A DNA stretch of 64,000 nucleotides, from positions 21,651 to 85,650 of the IMG/VR virus record IMGVR_UViG_3300005445_000001, one strand, 5' to 3'. Shown in pieces: positions 1-8,487 of the stretch (positions within the stretch are counted from its first letter, which is position 1; each line of letters begins with the position of its first letter). Source of the stretch: a virus (taxonomy: Duplodnaviria > Caudoviricetes). Under the pieces are notes generated by a model that saw only the letters and a program-made list of their open reading frames with translations, was not told the origin of the DNA and did no database searches. A program made the position numbers and the translations under genes.

Positions 1-2
1 CA

Positions 3-341
3 ACGTGGATCGTCCGCATCGGAACGCTCGGCACCATAGCAGACGCGGCGATCTTGACGTTCACGGGACCTGTTCAAACCGCAGCTATCGACGCGGGGTT
101 TGTCGAGATCATGGCTGTCCTGCGCAACGTGGGTGCTGCAGGCATTCTCGCTGGTGGACTAGCACTCACGCACAACTTGGGGACCACAGGGTTTGCAAAC
201 AGCAACACCCCAACGTTGCAGGTGACCTCATCAGGGTTTGTTACGACGACGGCCGGTCTCATTGTCGGCCTCTCCGTGAATCCCGGTGCTGCAGGCGTCT
301 GGACTCATCAGGTTGTGTCAGCCGAGATGCTAAATATGTAG
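3..341 (+). CDS. C-terminal part of a probable virion/fibre protein (5' truncated by window edge)
   Basis: Open frame from nt 3 to TAG 341 (TWIVRIGTLGTIADAAILTFTGP...VSAEMLNM); Thr/Gly/Ala-rich beta-type composition like the spike proteins at 55-61 kb. Confidence 0.5.
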   Translation, partial: TWIVRIGTLGTIADAAILTFTGPVQTAAIDAGFVEIMAVLRNVGAAGILAGGLALTHNLGTTGFANSNTPTLQVTSSGFVTTTAGLIVGLSVNPGAAGVWTHQVVSAEMLNM

Positions 342-381
342 CTACGAGAAAAGTCTCCTCAGGGCTTGATACGATGGCTAG

Positions 382-579
382 GTGACGGACGGTAACGAGA
401 TCTGGATCTTTCACTTCGGCCAAATGATCTTCGTCGTCGGGAACGAGCGGATCGGAATCGGCCTCCAAGTAGCAGCGAAACAAGGCGACACCTCACCCGA
501 GGTTCTCCATCGCCGACGTCTAGCGCGTGCCTCTTACTACCGACGTTGGCGAGCTCAGAACCAAAAGAGGGCTGCGTGA
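382..579 (+). CDS. hypothetical protein
   Basis: ORF track, GTG start, fills the gap between neighbours; no recognisable motif. Confidence 0.35.
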   Translation: MTDGNEIWIFHFGQMIFVVGNERIGIGLQVAAKQGDTSPEVLHRRRLARASYYRRWRAQNQKRAA

Positions 580-586
580 GACAGTG

Positions 587-808
587 ATGGGCCCCGTATT
601 CGAACCGATGTTCTTTGTCGAACTGTACTGTTGTGGTCGAGACGACGGCTACTTTGGTCCAGTAACATGGAGCGAGGCTGACTCGTTTCGCGAGGACTAT
701 TGCACAGGTCCCGGTGTTGGTCCCAGCGGTCACGATCGAGTCGGAATCATCATCGCGGATACAACAGGATCGATCTGGCCCGTGCCGATCTGGAGGTACA
801 AGCGATGA
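587..808 (+). CDS. hypothetical protein
   Basis: ATG 587; stop overlaps next start (ATGA). Confidence 0.5.
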   Translation: MGPVFEPMFFVELYCCGRDDGYFGPVTWSEADSFREDYCTGPGVGPSGHDRVGIIIADTTGSIWPVPIWRYKR

Positions 809-1077
809 GGTACTTGATCCTCATCGCGATCACCGCATGTCATCAAGCCAAGACGACCGAAGTGTTGTCGGTCGCGATCACCGCGTGGCCCGCACCACTC
901 AAGCCGAGCTGTGATCTTCCACCTGTGCCGAGTCCATATCTGATCGTCGGCTTTCCCGTCGAACAGAAGATCTACGTCACCGCGTCCGACCTTCTAGGCC
1001 TCGTGGACTATCAAGCCAAGCTCAACGCCTGGGCACAGGACGTTGCGATCTGCCTAGCCAAATTCACGCAACCATGA
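805..1077 (+). CDS. lipoprotein, o-spanin (Rz1)-like
   Basis: GGAGGT RBS; MRYLILIAITA-C signal with lipobox-like Cys; Pro-rich mature part. Confidence 0.5.
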   Translation: MRYLILIAITACHQAKTTEVLSVAITAWPAPLKPSCDLPPVPSPYLIVGFPVEQKIYVTASDLLGLVDYQAKLNAWAQDVAICLAKFTQP

Positions 1078-1244
1078 AGCGATTGATCTTCGTCTTGCTC
1101 GCTGCGTGTACTCGATGGGTGCCTGTGGTCGTTCCTCCACCACCCACAACCTACGAAGTAGTTCGCGTCATCGAGATCGACCTGATTGAAGGTGAAGATC
1201 TGATCGAGGCGTTCCGCGAGGTATTCTTTCTATGCTTGGTCTGA
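1074..1244 (+). CDS. small lipoprotein (56 aa, not in ORF track)
   Basis: ATGA overlap; MKRLIFVLLAAC lipobox followed by VPVVVPPPPTT. Confidence 0.5.
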   Translation: MKRLIFVLLAACTRWVPVVVPPPPTTYEVVRVIEIDLIEGEDLIEAFREVFFLCLV

Positions 1245-1435
1245 TCTACTACTTCGTCGCCGTTTGCTTCGTGCCGATCGTTCTCGAGGTCATGCATCGG
1301 CACGATCGCAAGCAATGGCAAGGTGTGCTCGAACGCGAACGCATCATGCGCTACCAGCTCCAACAGGACTACGCGGATCTGTGGAAGGCCGCGCGGCGGC
1401 GCGCCGAGCCCAACCATAACTTCGAGCTCAACTGA
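1232..1435 (+). CDS. small membrane protein with N-terminal TM and helical tail
   Basis: Hydrophobic N-terminus LGLIYYFVAVCFVPIVL then charged helix. Confidence 0.5.
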   Translation: MLGLIYYFVAVCFVPIVLEVMHRHDRKQWQGVLERERIMRYQLQQDYADLWKAARRRAEPNHNFELN

Positions 1436-1438
1436 CCG

Positions 1439-1454
1439 TGGTAGAATCGTTCGC
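1439..1454 (+). promoter_or_regulatory. extended -10 leaderless promoter (example)
   Basis: TG-G-TAGAAT, 7 nt, ATG. Confidence 0.6.
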
Positions 1455-2147
1455 ATGAACGCGCGAGGCGAGCGAATCCTGATATTCGGAGATTCTCTCA
1501 GCCATCCAGGCCCAGATAACGGCCCAGAAGCATTCGAGATTACCCAAGACTCGAACCGTGTGAGCTCGGCGCCCGGCGATCTACTTGGTTCGCTCCTACT
1601 CGAGCAAGGAGCCGAGGCTGTGAGGCTCGACGCGCGCGTAGGACGCTCAGCATGGAACTTTTGGGGCCGAGAGTCAGCGAATGACCTCATCGCAGCTGAC
1701 GCTGCCTGGGGGCCTACCAAGGTCGTGGTGATGCTCGGGACGAACGACATCGGGCTCCAAGGCGACGGCGAGCGGCAAGCGATGCAAGCGATCAAAGACG
1801 CCTACGAGGCGATGGGCGCCGAAGTGTGGGCGATCGGGCCGTTCACGTACACCGGTCAAGGCGGACACCTCAACCCGGGCGCCGAAGACGTCGCCTCGAT
1901 GATGAGCGACGTGTTCGGTTCACGGTTCATCGACGGCCGACCACTCTCGGTGAACGTGGATCGCGCTCGTGATGGCATCCACTTTCAGCCAACCTCCGCG
2001 ATGCAGACGGCGTACAACCTCGCCGACGCGCTCATCTCGAGCTCGTCGAGGCCGCTCTGGCAGACCGTCTTGATCGGCGGCGCATTGATCGGTCTGCTCA
2101 TCGCGGGCGGAACGTGGTGGAAGAAACATCGAGCTCTCCGCGCTTGA
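1455..2147 (+). CDS. SGNH/GDSL hydrolase with C-terminal membrane anchor
   Basis: FGDSL (block I), LGTND (block III), DGIH (block V); C-terminal VLIGGALIGLLIAGG-WWKKHR; TG-G-TAGAAT 7 nt before ATG 1455. Confidence 0.8.
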   Translation: MNARGERILIFGDSLSHPGPDNGPEAFEITQDSNRVSSAPGDLLGSLLLEQGAEAVRLDARVGRSAWNFWGRESANDLIAADAAWGPTKVVVMLGTNDIGLQGDGERQAMQAIKDAYEAMGAEVWAIGPFTYTGQGGHLNPGAEDVASMMSDVFGSRFIDGRPLSVNVDRARDGIHFQPTSAMQTAYNLADALISSSSRPLWQTVLIGGALIGLLIAGGTWWKKHRALRA

Positions 2148-2162
2148 TCGTATGATCGCTAG

Positions 2163-2759
2163 GTGATCAGCTACTTCGATTTCGGCGCGCATCGAGGCAT
2201 CAAGGCAGCAGAGTACGCGAAGCTTGTGGAGATGTCCGAGGCGTTCCTCTACGAGCCTAACCCAGCGATCAAGACGGCCAAGATCCCAGGCGTGCCGACG
2301 GAGATTCATCAAGCCGCAGCTTGGGACTCCTACGGCCGTGAGCTGCTCTACGTAGGTCAAACCGACGACGCGACTGGTAGCTCACTGCTCAAGGAAAAGA
2401 CGACCGGCGATCTCGACAAGAAGCATCCGATCATAGTTGCGACGTTCAACGCCGCCCAGATGCTCCTGAGCGCGTCGATGTGGGCCAAGGATCCAATCGA
2501 GATCAAGATGAACATCGAGGGAGCCGAGTATCGAGTGTTTCGACGAATGCGTGAGCTCAAGGTGCTTGAGAACGTCCAGATCAAGGCGATCCACCTCTCG
2601 CTTCACTCCCACAAGCTCGACATGAGCAATGACGATGCATGGGACGCCGATCTGAAGATCGTGAATTACCTCGTCGAGAACGGATTCAAGCTCGAAGGTC
2701 GTACGGACACCCAACCATCAAGCCCATTCGGTCAGGGCTTCACGACGTGGCGACGCTAG
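2163..2759 (+). CDS. FkbM-family SAM-dependent methyltransferase
   Basis: FDFGAHRG, YEPNP, IKMNIEGAEY motifs. Confidence 0.75.
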   Translation: MISYFDFGAHRGIKAAEYAKLVEMSEAFLYEPNPAIKTAKIPGVPTEIHQAAAWDSYGRELLYVGQTDDATGSSLLKEKTTGDLDKKHPIIVATFNAAQMLLSASMWAKDPIEIKMNIEGAEYRVFRRMRELKVLENVQIKAIHLSLHSHKLDMSNDDAWDADLKIVNYLVENGFKLEGRTDTQPSSPFGQGFTTWRR

Positions 2760-2983
2760 CAGATCGTCGTGCCTGGGATCGGCGTGTACCAGTCACTGCA
2801 GAAGCTATCAGGCTGACAGGGAATCGACTTGGTCCCATAGAAGAGCGCGTAGTTAGGTTCATGACAGATGCCGAACGGAGCGTGGTTAGCTTCGTAGTAG
2901 ATGCAGTTGGAGCAGTTGGCTCCACCCTGGGCGACCGGCATCGCGGGATGATGATGCTGCGGCAGATGAAAGCGGCGCTTCAT
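2756..2983 (-). CDS. small four-Cys metal-binding protein (HiPIP-like spacing)
   Basis: CSNCIYY...GIC...FCSDW. Confidence 0.55.
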   Translation of the reverse strand: MKRRFHLPQHHHPAMPVAQGGANCSNCIYYEANHAPFGICHEPNYALFYGTKSIPCQPDSFCSDWYTPIPGTTIC

Positions 2984-3180
2984 CGCGGGGTCAAGATTGA
3001 TTGCACGCGCGTTCCGACCTTGCAGCGACCACGCTTCCAGTGACCTCTACCAGCTGGGCAGCAAATCACCGCACGCTTCCCCTTGCCGAGCTTGATATTT
3101 CTGAACGAACCGCGGGCACATTTCTTGGGCGAAAATTGCCTCGAGCGGATCCAGTTAGCTGTAACGTCTCGAAGGGGCAT
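2980..3180 (-). CDS. small basic Cys-rich protein
   Basis: 66 aa, K/R-rich, 4 Cys; chained stop/start overlaps. Confidence 0.55.
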   Translation of the reverse strand: MPLRDVTANWIRSRQFSPKKCARGSFRNIKLGKGKRAVICCPAGRGHWKRGRCKVGTRVQSILTPR

Positions 3181-3182
3181 TG

Positions 3183-3791
3183 TTACCTCCGAAGCTTGCC
3201 GCGCTCTTTGGGCATGAATGCAAAGACGAGCGCACCGATCGCGACGAGCCCACCCATCAAGATCGCCGGGCCGAACGAGTCGGAAACGCCTTGCAGGTGA
3301 ACACCTGCGGGCATCGGATACGCCATCTTGGTGTAGCCAAACTGTCGGCTAGCGAAGCTACCGCACGGCGGTAGACCACAAGCCGGATTCGAGCAGTCAG
3401 GCTCCGGGCACGTTCCCTTGATACGCGCCATCGGTCGTGAGGCGAGCTTGCGAAGGAACGACGCGAACGAGAACACAGGCAAGCCGAGCGTGCCGTGCAT
3501 TCCCGTCTGAGTCATCTTGTGTGCCTCTTTCGGCGTGAGGCGACGTACGACCTTTGTGCCGGCGCGTTCGGCCAAGCACGAGTTGTCGTAGATCCGACCG
3601 TCGACAGCGAGCACCGGCATGTAGTCGGCCGAGCACGCGGCACGTTCCTCGACGACGAAGACCTCAGGGCCGTAGCTCCAAGGTCCGGGGTATCCCCAAC
3701 CTCCGCCCCAACCTCCGCCACCCCAATGACCGCCACCACCGTGGTGATGACCGCCGCCACCGTGGCCCATGCATCCATTGCAGTACAGCAT
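3183..3791 (-). CDS. tail-anchored membrane protein with Gly/His-rich N-terminus and Kazal-like Cys segment
   Basis: Start MLYCNGC at 3791 (TGATG overlap); CSADYMPVLAVDGRIYDNSC resembles a Kazal-type motif; C-terminal TM + KERGKLRR. Confidence 0.6.
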   Translation of the reverse strand: MLYCNGCMGHGGGGHHHGGGGHWGGGGWGGGWGYPGPWSYGPEVFVVEERAACSADYMPVLAVDGRIYDNSCLAERAGTKVVRRLTPKEAHKMTQTGMHGTLGLPVFSFASFLRKLASRPMARIKGTCPEPDCSNPACGLPPCGSFASRQFGYTKMAYPMPAGVHLQGVSDSFGPAILMGGLVAIGALVFAFMPKERGKLRR

Positions 3792-4054
3792 CAGCGTCTC
3801 CTTCGTGGACGAGCGCGCATCGTGTAGACGTGATGCTTCCCGTATTTGTAGTGGCAAACCTCAGAAGTCGAGAAACGCGTCGACGCTACCAACGTAGGAT
3901 CGTACTTGCCGCCGATCTTGGTGATCCTCGCACAGTGATCCACGCGAGGAAGCTTCCGACCTTGCCGCTTGAGCGCCCGCGACAACGCGAGGAGCTGTTT
4001 CCTCGACAGTCGATCGATCTTCCGTCCGTCGAAGAGCTTGATCGATCGGCTCAT
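3791..4054 (-). CDS. basic putative DNA-binding core protein
   Basis: 87 aa, very K/R-rich, ends RARPRRRR. Confidence 0.6.
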   Translation of the reverse strand: MSRSIKLFDGRKIDRLSRKQLLALSRALKRQGRKLPRVDHCARITKIGGKYDPTLVASTRFSTSEVCHYKYGKHHVYTMRARPRRRR

Positions 4055-4242
4055 CGATAGCCTGCGACTTTCTTCGCGTGCGCGATCTCTCGGCCTGCAC
4101 GCTGGCAGTAGCCGTGCCGCGCAGAATCAGCGGCGAGCCGTAGAACGTGATCGAAGAGCGGACGGAACCGCTTGAGCGGCTTGTGCGAGCGCTTCACCGC
4201 TGCGATCTTGGCGTCGATCGCTGAGAGGTTGCAGGCCTTCAT
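4051..4242 (-). CDS. small basic protein
   Basis: 63 aa, K/R-rich, ATGA overlaps both sides. Confidence 0.55.
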   Translation of the reverse strand: MKACNLSAIDAKIAAVKRSHKPLKRFRPLFDHVLRLAADSARHGYCQRAGREIAHAKKVAGYR

Positions 4243-4460
4243 CGGCGTCTCCTACGACGTCGACGCGAGCCAGAGAGTGCGCCGTAGCTGCGTCCACGGC
4301 GACGAGCTCGGCCGTCGCAGACTTCGATCGGCGTGATGCGCGAGCCACGATAGCGACTCTGCAGCGCGCGCGCGGCGCTTCGGCTCGTGAGTTGACCGAG
4401 CCGCGTGGTCGCCACACCGGGAACCGAGAGCGTGACCTCGTATTCGGTCCGGCAAGACAC
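4239..4460 (-). CDS. Arg-rich protamine-like protein
   Basis: Ends GALSGSRRRRRRRR. Confidence 0.6.
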   Translation of the reverse strand: MSCRTEYEVTLSVPGVATTRLGQLTSRSAARALQSRYRGSRITPIEVCDGRARRRGRSYGALSGSRRRRRRRR

Positions 4461-4463
4461 GGC

Positions 4464-5135
4464 TTACCGCCGCTTCTTCTTGCCGCCGAGCGCGCGACTC
4501 GCGAGGTAGACGCCGATCCCGAGCCCGCCGATCAGGAGGAGCGGGTTGCCGGTGATCGTGTCCATGATGCCGCCGAGGCCGGAACCGTGAAGGTTCGGGA
4601 ACGACGGCAACGGCACGTTGCGCGCGACGGTCGTGGTGGGCCACGGAGCGCAGACCGCACCGGGCGGACACGACGTGAACCGATAGCCAGGCGGCGGCGG
4701 ACGCGTCGGAAGCTGCGTCGTCAGCACTGGACCGATCGGATACTCGGCGATCGGCACGCCGAGCTGAGCGCCGGAGAGGAACTTGGCGTGCATCGTCTGC
4801 TCCTGCAGGTGATGCAGCGTACTGCCCCAGGTCATCGGGTGGCCGAGCGCGCTAGAACGGATGATCGACTGCCCAGCGGCGGGTGGAGCGATCGTCGAGT
4901 GACGAGCCGTCTCGTAGCCTAGAACGTCACCCCATGTCGGAGGCGAGCTCTGGTCGTACGAGAACATGCTGCCGAGGCCGGAGAGGAACTTCGCCGGGGC
5001 GCTGATGACGGCGCCGAGCAAGCCCTTGACGCCGCCCGACGCTTGTCGCGCGTGGCGGCGCATCATCCAGCGGAATGGTGGGCGCGTCATGCCAATCTGA
5101 GGACCTGACAGATCCATGATGTAACTTAGTGACAT
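4464..5135 (-). CDS. tail-anchored virion membrane protein (GLG motifs, CPPG motif)
   Basis: FLSGLG, HGSGLG, CPPGAVC; C-terminal TM + GGKKKRR. Confidence 0.65.
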   Translation of the reverse strand: MSLSYIMDLSGPQIGMTRPPFRWMMRRHARQASGGVKGLLGAVISAPAKFLSGLGSMFSYDQSSPPTWGDVLGYETARHSTIAPPAAGQSIIRSSALGHPMTWGSTLHHLQEQTMHAKFLSGAQLGVPIAEYPIGPVLTTQLPTRPPPPGYRFTSCPPGAVCAPWPTTTVARNVPLPSFPNLHGSGLGGIMDTITGNPLLLIGGLGIGVYLASRALGGKKKRR

Positions 5136-5138
5136 GAC

Positions 5139-5447
5139 TCACCTTTTCCTTCGACGGTGACCGGACAAGCCGAGTTTGCGCTTGATCCCACCTCCGAATT
5201 TTTGCCACCCGAAGTAGCCGAGCGCCGTCGAACCGGCGAGCACTGCAAGCGTCATCATCCAACCCGGGATCGAGTCGGTGATGTCGCCGAGCGCGCCGGT
5301 GAGGCTCTTCGCCTGGGTCGGGACGACCTTCCAGTACCACGAGCCGTACGTGCCGGGGATCCCCGCGTACTGCACGCGCTCGACGCGGTTCGGATCGAAC
5401 GGGTCGAAGAAGGGCTGTTGTTCGTAGGTTTTGATATACGTGCTCAC
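5139..5447 (-). CDS. tail-anchored membrane protein
   Basis: GGAGG RBS before GTG 5447; LTGALG-D, TM, tail GLSGHRRRKR. Confidence 0.65.
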   Translation of the reverse strand: MSTYIKTYEQQPFFDPFDPNRVERVQYAGIPGTYGSWYWKVVPTQAKSLTGALGDITDSIPGWMMTLAVLAGSTALGYFGWQKFGGGIKRKLGLSGHRRRKR

Positions 5448-5528
5448 AAGACCTCCAGTTGGAGATCGCGTGCATACCAACGCCTAGTCGAATTCAGCCC
5501 ACGCGCCGCCGAGCTCGACGGCTACGTA

Positions 5529-5627
5529 TCACCGACGGTGCTTGCGCGACTTGCGGTGCTTGCGGCAATGTCCCTTGCGCCTGCCACGACTTACAAGACC
5601 GAAACGGCAATGCTTTTTCTTAGCCAT
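5529..5627 (-). CDS. 32-aa protamine-like peptide (not in ORF track)
   Basis: AGGAGA RBS; MAKKKHCRFGLVSRGRRKGHCRKHRKSRKHRR, 16/32 K+R. Confidence 0.7.
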   Translation of the reverse strand: MAKKKHCRFGLVSRGRRKGHCRKHRKSRKHRR

Positions 5628-5684
5628 CTGAATTTCTCCTTTGGGTCAGATCGTCAACCAACAAATGGTCGCACACGCTTAGCC

Positions 5685-6467
5685 CTAGGTCAAACGCTTG
5701 AGAAATTCGATAAATTCGCTCACCGTCTTGGCGCTCTTGGATTGGTTACAACGCTGACAAGCCGGTCGATAGTTGGCCGGCCAGTTTGTGCCTCCACGAG
5801 ACAGCGGGATCGCGTGGTCTAAATGCTCGTAGGGACCACCACAATACGCGCATCGACCACCATAAAACGCGATCCGGTTTTTGATCTGCTCAACGGTGGC
5901 CGAACCTCTAGCGTTTCGCGCGTTCCATCGATAACGAGCAATCAACAATTTGGCTCGCTCTGGATTCTTCCTTCGCCAAGCTTTGGCGTAGGCTTTTTTG
6001 GGCTCTGGATTCCTACGATAGGCAAGATGCTTTAACACTCTAACCCTATCAGGATGAGTGCTAATCCACCATTTACTATAAGCCTTAGTCTTATCCGGGT
6101 AACGAAGTCTATATCTCCTCGATTGATTGCGGTGCGTCTCTGGATTGGACTTATACCTTTCACGATCCTTGGCACGCGCCAATTCAACATTACGAGCGCG
6201 TAACTCACGAGCATACGCTCTGTAGTGTTCACGATTGGCGGCGCGACGTTCTCGTTTCTGAGCGTTCACGAGATCTTTGTTGGCCGCACGCTTCTCCCTC
6301 TTGCGCGCATTGATCTCATCCTTTCGAGCTTCTCGCCACGCTTTCTTGTAGGCCCGATGTTTCTCGATGTCGCGTGCATACAAAGCACGCGAGGCTGATT
6401 TGTACTGCTCAGCCCTTGCGGCCTTGCGTGCCCGACGCTTAACTAGATCAGGACGATCGCTAGCCAC
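5685..6467 (-). CDS. HNH endonuclease with long basic helical N-terminus
   Basis: CAYC...LDHAIPLSRGGTN...CQRCNQSK; lower GC than flanks. Confidence 0.85.
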   Translation of the reverse strand: MASDRPDLVKRRARKAARAEQYKSASRALYARDIEKHRAYKKAWREARKDEINARKREKRAANKDLVNAQKRERRAANREHYRAYARELRARNVELARAKDRERYKSNPETHRNQSRRYRLRYPDKTKAYSKWWISTHPDRVRVLKHLAYRRNPEPKKAYAKAWRRKNPERAKLLIARYRWNARNARGSATVEQIKNRIAFYGGRCAYCGGPYEHLDHAIPLSRGGTNWPANYRPACQRCNQSKSAKTVSEFIEFLKRLT

Positions 6468-6474
6468 ACCAAAC

Positions 6475-6936
6475 CTAGAGGTTCGAAGATCGAAATCGGT
6501 GAGCAACACTCTTGATGTGCGAGCCCCAAAACGCCTTGATCGCGTCGAATGCATCCTCGTCAGTGTTGTACTCTCTCACGATCGCAGGGAAAATCGAGCG
6601 CTCGAACTTCCCACTCACGTATATCGCACGTCCAGCCTCAGCTTGTTCGAGTGAACGCTGCGCAAGTGACACCGCGTAGCCAAGCTCGAACGCGGCTCCG
6701 AAGCTGTGCGCTCCGTATGGCATGAGCAGCCAGAACAGTGGAGCGCGCTCGATCTGAATGAGATCACCGACCGCGTAGCCGGCTCGGGCAAGCGGATCAC
6801 CGGTCGGGTTGGCCGCACCAACAGCGCCGATCGCCTCAGGCCACGAGCACGTCACGCCGATCGCAGCGGCGCGCAGCGCGTTCATCCATTTCACAGCCCG
6901 ATCCATTTCTTGAGAGCTCGCGGCGACGTAGATCAT
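6475..6936 (-). CDS. nucleoside 2-deoxyribosyltransferase-like protein
   Basis: IYVA N-terminus, GDL, GAAFELGYA catalytic-Glu motif. Confidence 0.7.
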   Translation of the reverse strand: MIYVAASSQEMDRAVKWMNALRAAAIGVTCSWPEAIGAVGAANPTGDPLARAGYAVGDLIQIERAPLFWLLMPYGAHSFGAAFELGYAVSLAQRSLEQAEAGRAIYVSGKFERSIFPAIVREYNTDEDAFDAIKAFWGSHIKSVAHRFRSSNL

Positions 6937-7457
6937 AGTGCCGTCACGATCTCAGCGGCTCTCCACTGCTCTTCGACGTCACCTAGACGTTCGTCCATCG
7001 TTTGCTCGTCTTCGATCCTAAGGTGAGCATCAGAGACGATCGCGTAGTAGAGCTGTCGCCAGAATTGGGCGACCTCTAGATCGGGATGCTTATAGCCGAG
7101 GATCTCGGCTGCGTGCATGAGATGAAGCTGGAAGTGGTGAGGGAGCTCGTCGACGTGTCGAAGATAGACGCCGACAAACTTATCGAGGTGCCCATCGCAC
7201 TCACCGGTGCCGTGAAGATGCAATGGACCTGTGAACGAGCCGCCACCTTCCTCGTATGGATCCCATCTCACCTTGGAGTCGAATGCGCAGATCATGAACG
7301 ATCGTCGCAGATACCGCAGCAAGACCTTGACCGGATGATCCTTGCGAATGCCGTCGGGCCCACGCACTGCACAGATCAGAACTGACTGCATCATGAACGT
7401 GATGTCGTTCGTCCAGTCTTGGAGAACCGATCGGCCTGCCCCCTTGCTGTATCTCAT
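6933..7457 (-). CDS. hypothetical protein with His-rich helix
   Basis: 174 aa; ELPHHFQLHLMHAAEILGYKHPD; coupled overlaps. Confidence 0.65.
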   Translation of the reverse strand: MRYSKGAGRSVLQDWTNDITFMMQSVLICAVRGPDGIRKDHPVKVLLRYLRRSFMICAFDSKVRWDPYEEGGGSFTGPLHLHGTGECDGHLDKFVGVYLRHVDELPHHFQLHLMHAAEILGYKHPDLEVAQFWRQLYYAIVSDAHLRIEDEQTMDERLGDVEEQWRAAEIVTAL

Positions 7458-7606
7458 TACCGATCCCTCCGAGGAACCTGCTTCTTGAGCTGCTCGAGAT
7501 TACGAAGAGCTGCCGCCCGTAGCTTCTCGTTGCCGGTGTACGTTGCCGATTTGATCGCCTCGGTCATCCACCTAATGTCGTGCTCCTTGACACTTTCTCC
7601 AGTCAT
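7457..7606 (-). CDS. hypothetical 49-aa protein (not in ORF track)
   Basis: ATGA overlap with dam stop and TAATG overlap with next gene. Confidence 0.5.
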   Translation of the reverse strand: MTGESVKEHDIRWMTEAIKSATYTGNEKLRAAALRNLEQLKKQVPRRDR

Positions 7607-8487
7607 GGCTTTCTTCCCCTGATTAACAGACATTTTTTCTTGCCTCGACTAGAGGCCTTTGCGCTCACTGCGTGTCGCTCGTCAATCTCTTCAATGTGCG
7701 CCCACTTGTAGATCTCACGGATGAACGGTGTGTCATTGTTGGTCGCCCACACTTGCGCGCCGGTCGAAGCAAAGAACTTGAGCTCCTCAGCGAGCGAGAG
7801 TTGCTCGTCGCGTGAGAATCCGCTGCCGTCGTAGTCATCGAACATCGAATCGTAGGGCGGATCGGCATACACCGCGATGTGCCGAGCGTCTTGCTCGCGC
7901 CAACGAGCTAGCGTGAGATGGAAATCGCCATCACAGAGCGTCGTCTGGCCGGAGCGCAGATATGTCGAGTAGCTCTCGATCTCCTCGAGCGACAGCTGAC
8001 GTGGGTTCGTGAGATCACCCCACGGCACGTTGAAGAAGCCCTTGGAGTTGGTTCGCCAAAGTCCGTTGAAGCAACGAGCGTTGATAAACAGCGCATGCGC
8101 CGCCCGCTCACACCACATCAACCGATTCTGTCGGATCATCTCGTTGAATCGTGCACGCGCTTGGTAATAGCCATGCTCGGAGTTGCCGTACTTATCTTCT
8201 AGCTCGCGAAGTGCTTGGTTGAGCGGCACGGGCATCGCGCGCAGGCAACGCCACACATCCATCACGACCACGTTAACGTCGGAGAGGATTTTGATTGGGA
8301 TCGTCGGTATCGACAGCGCGATCGCACCACCACCTAGAAACGGCTCGATGTATACGCGTGCCTTGCTTGCTAGGATCTCGGGTACGAGCTTGCTAGCCAG
8401 CCATCTCTTACCCCCCACAAAACGCATGAAGGGATCAAGAGGTTTGGGCGGCGCTGGCAGTGCATTTTTCGCAGCGGTGTTGCGCAT
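7603..8487 (-). CDS. dam: Dam-like D12-class N6-adenine DNA methyltransferase
   Basis: PFMRFVGGK, EPFLGGGA, FNGLWRTNSKGFFNVPWG, DPPY. Confidence 0.9.
   Translation of the reverse strand: MRNTAAKNALPAPPKPLDPFMRFVGGKRWLASKLVPEILASKARVYIEPFLGGGAIALSIPTIPIKILSDVNVVVMDVWRCLRAMPVPLNQALRELEDKYGNSEHGYYQARARFNEMIRQNRLMWCERAAHALFINARCFNGLWRTNSKGFFNVPWGDLTNPRQLSLEEIESYSTYLRSGQTTLCDGDFHLTLARWREQDARHIAVYADPPYDSMFDDYDGSGFSRDEQLSLAEELKFFASTGAQVWATNNDTPFIREIYKWAHIEEIDERHAVSAKASSRGKKKCLLIRGRKP

Noticed and set aside
6090-6103. Third partial copy of the inverted-repeat core (CTTATCCGGGTAAC)
   Set aside because: 13/14 match inside the HNH coding sequence; plausible by chance in 64 kb
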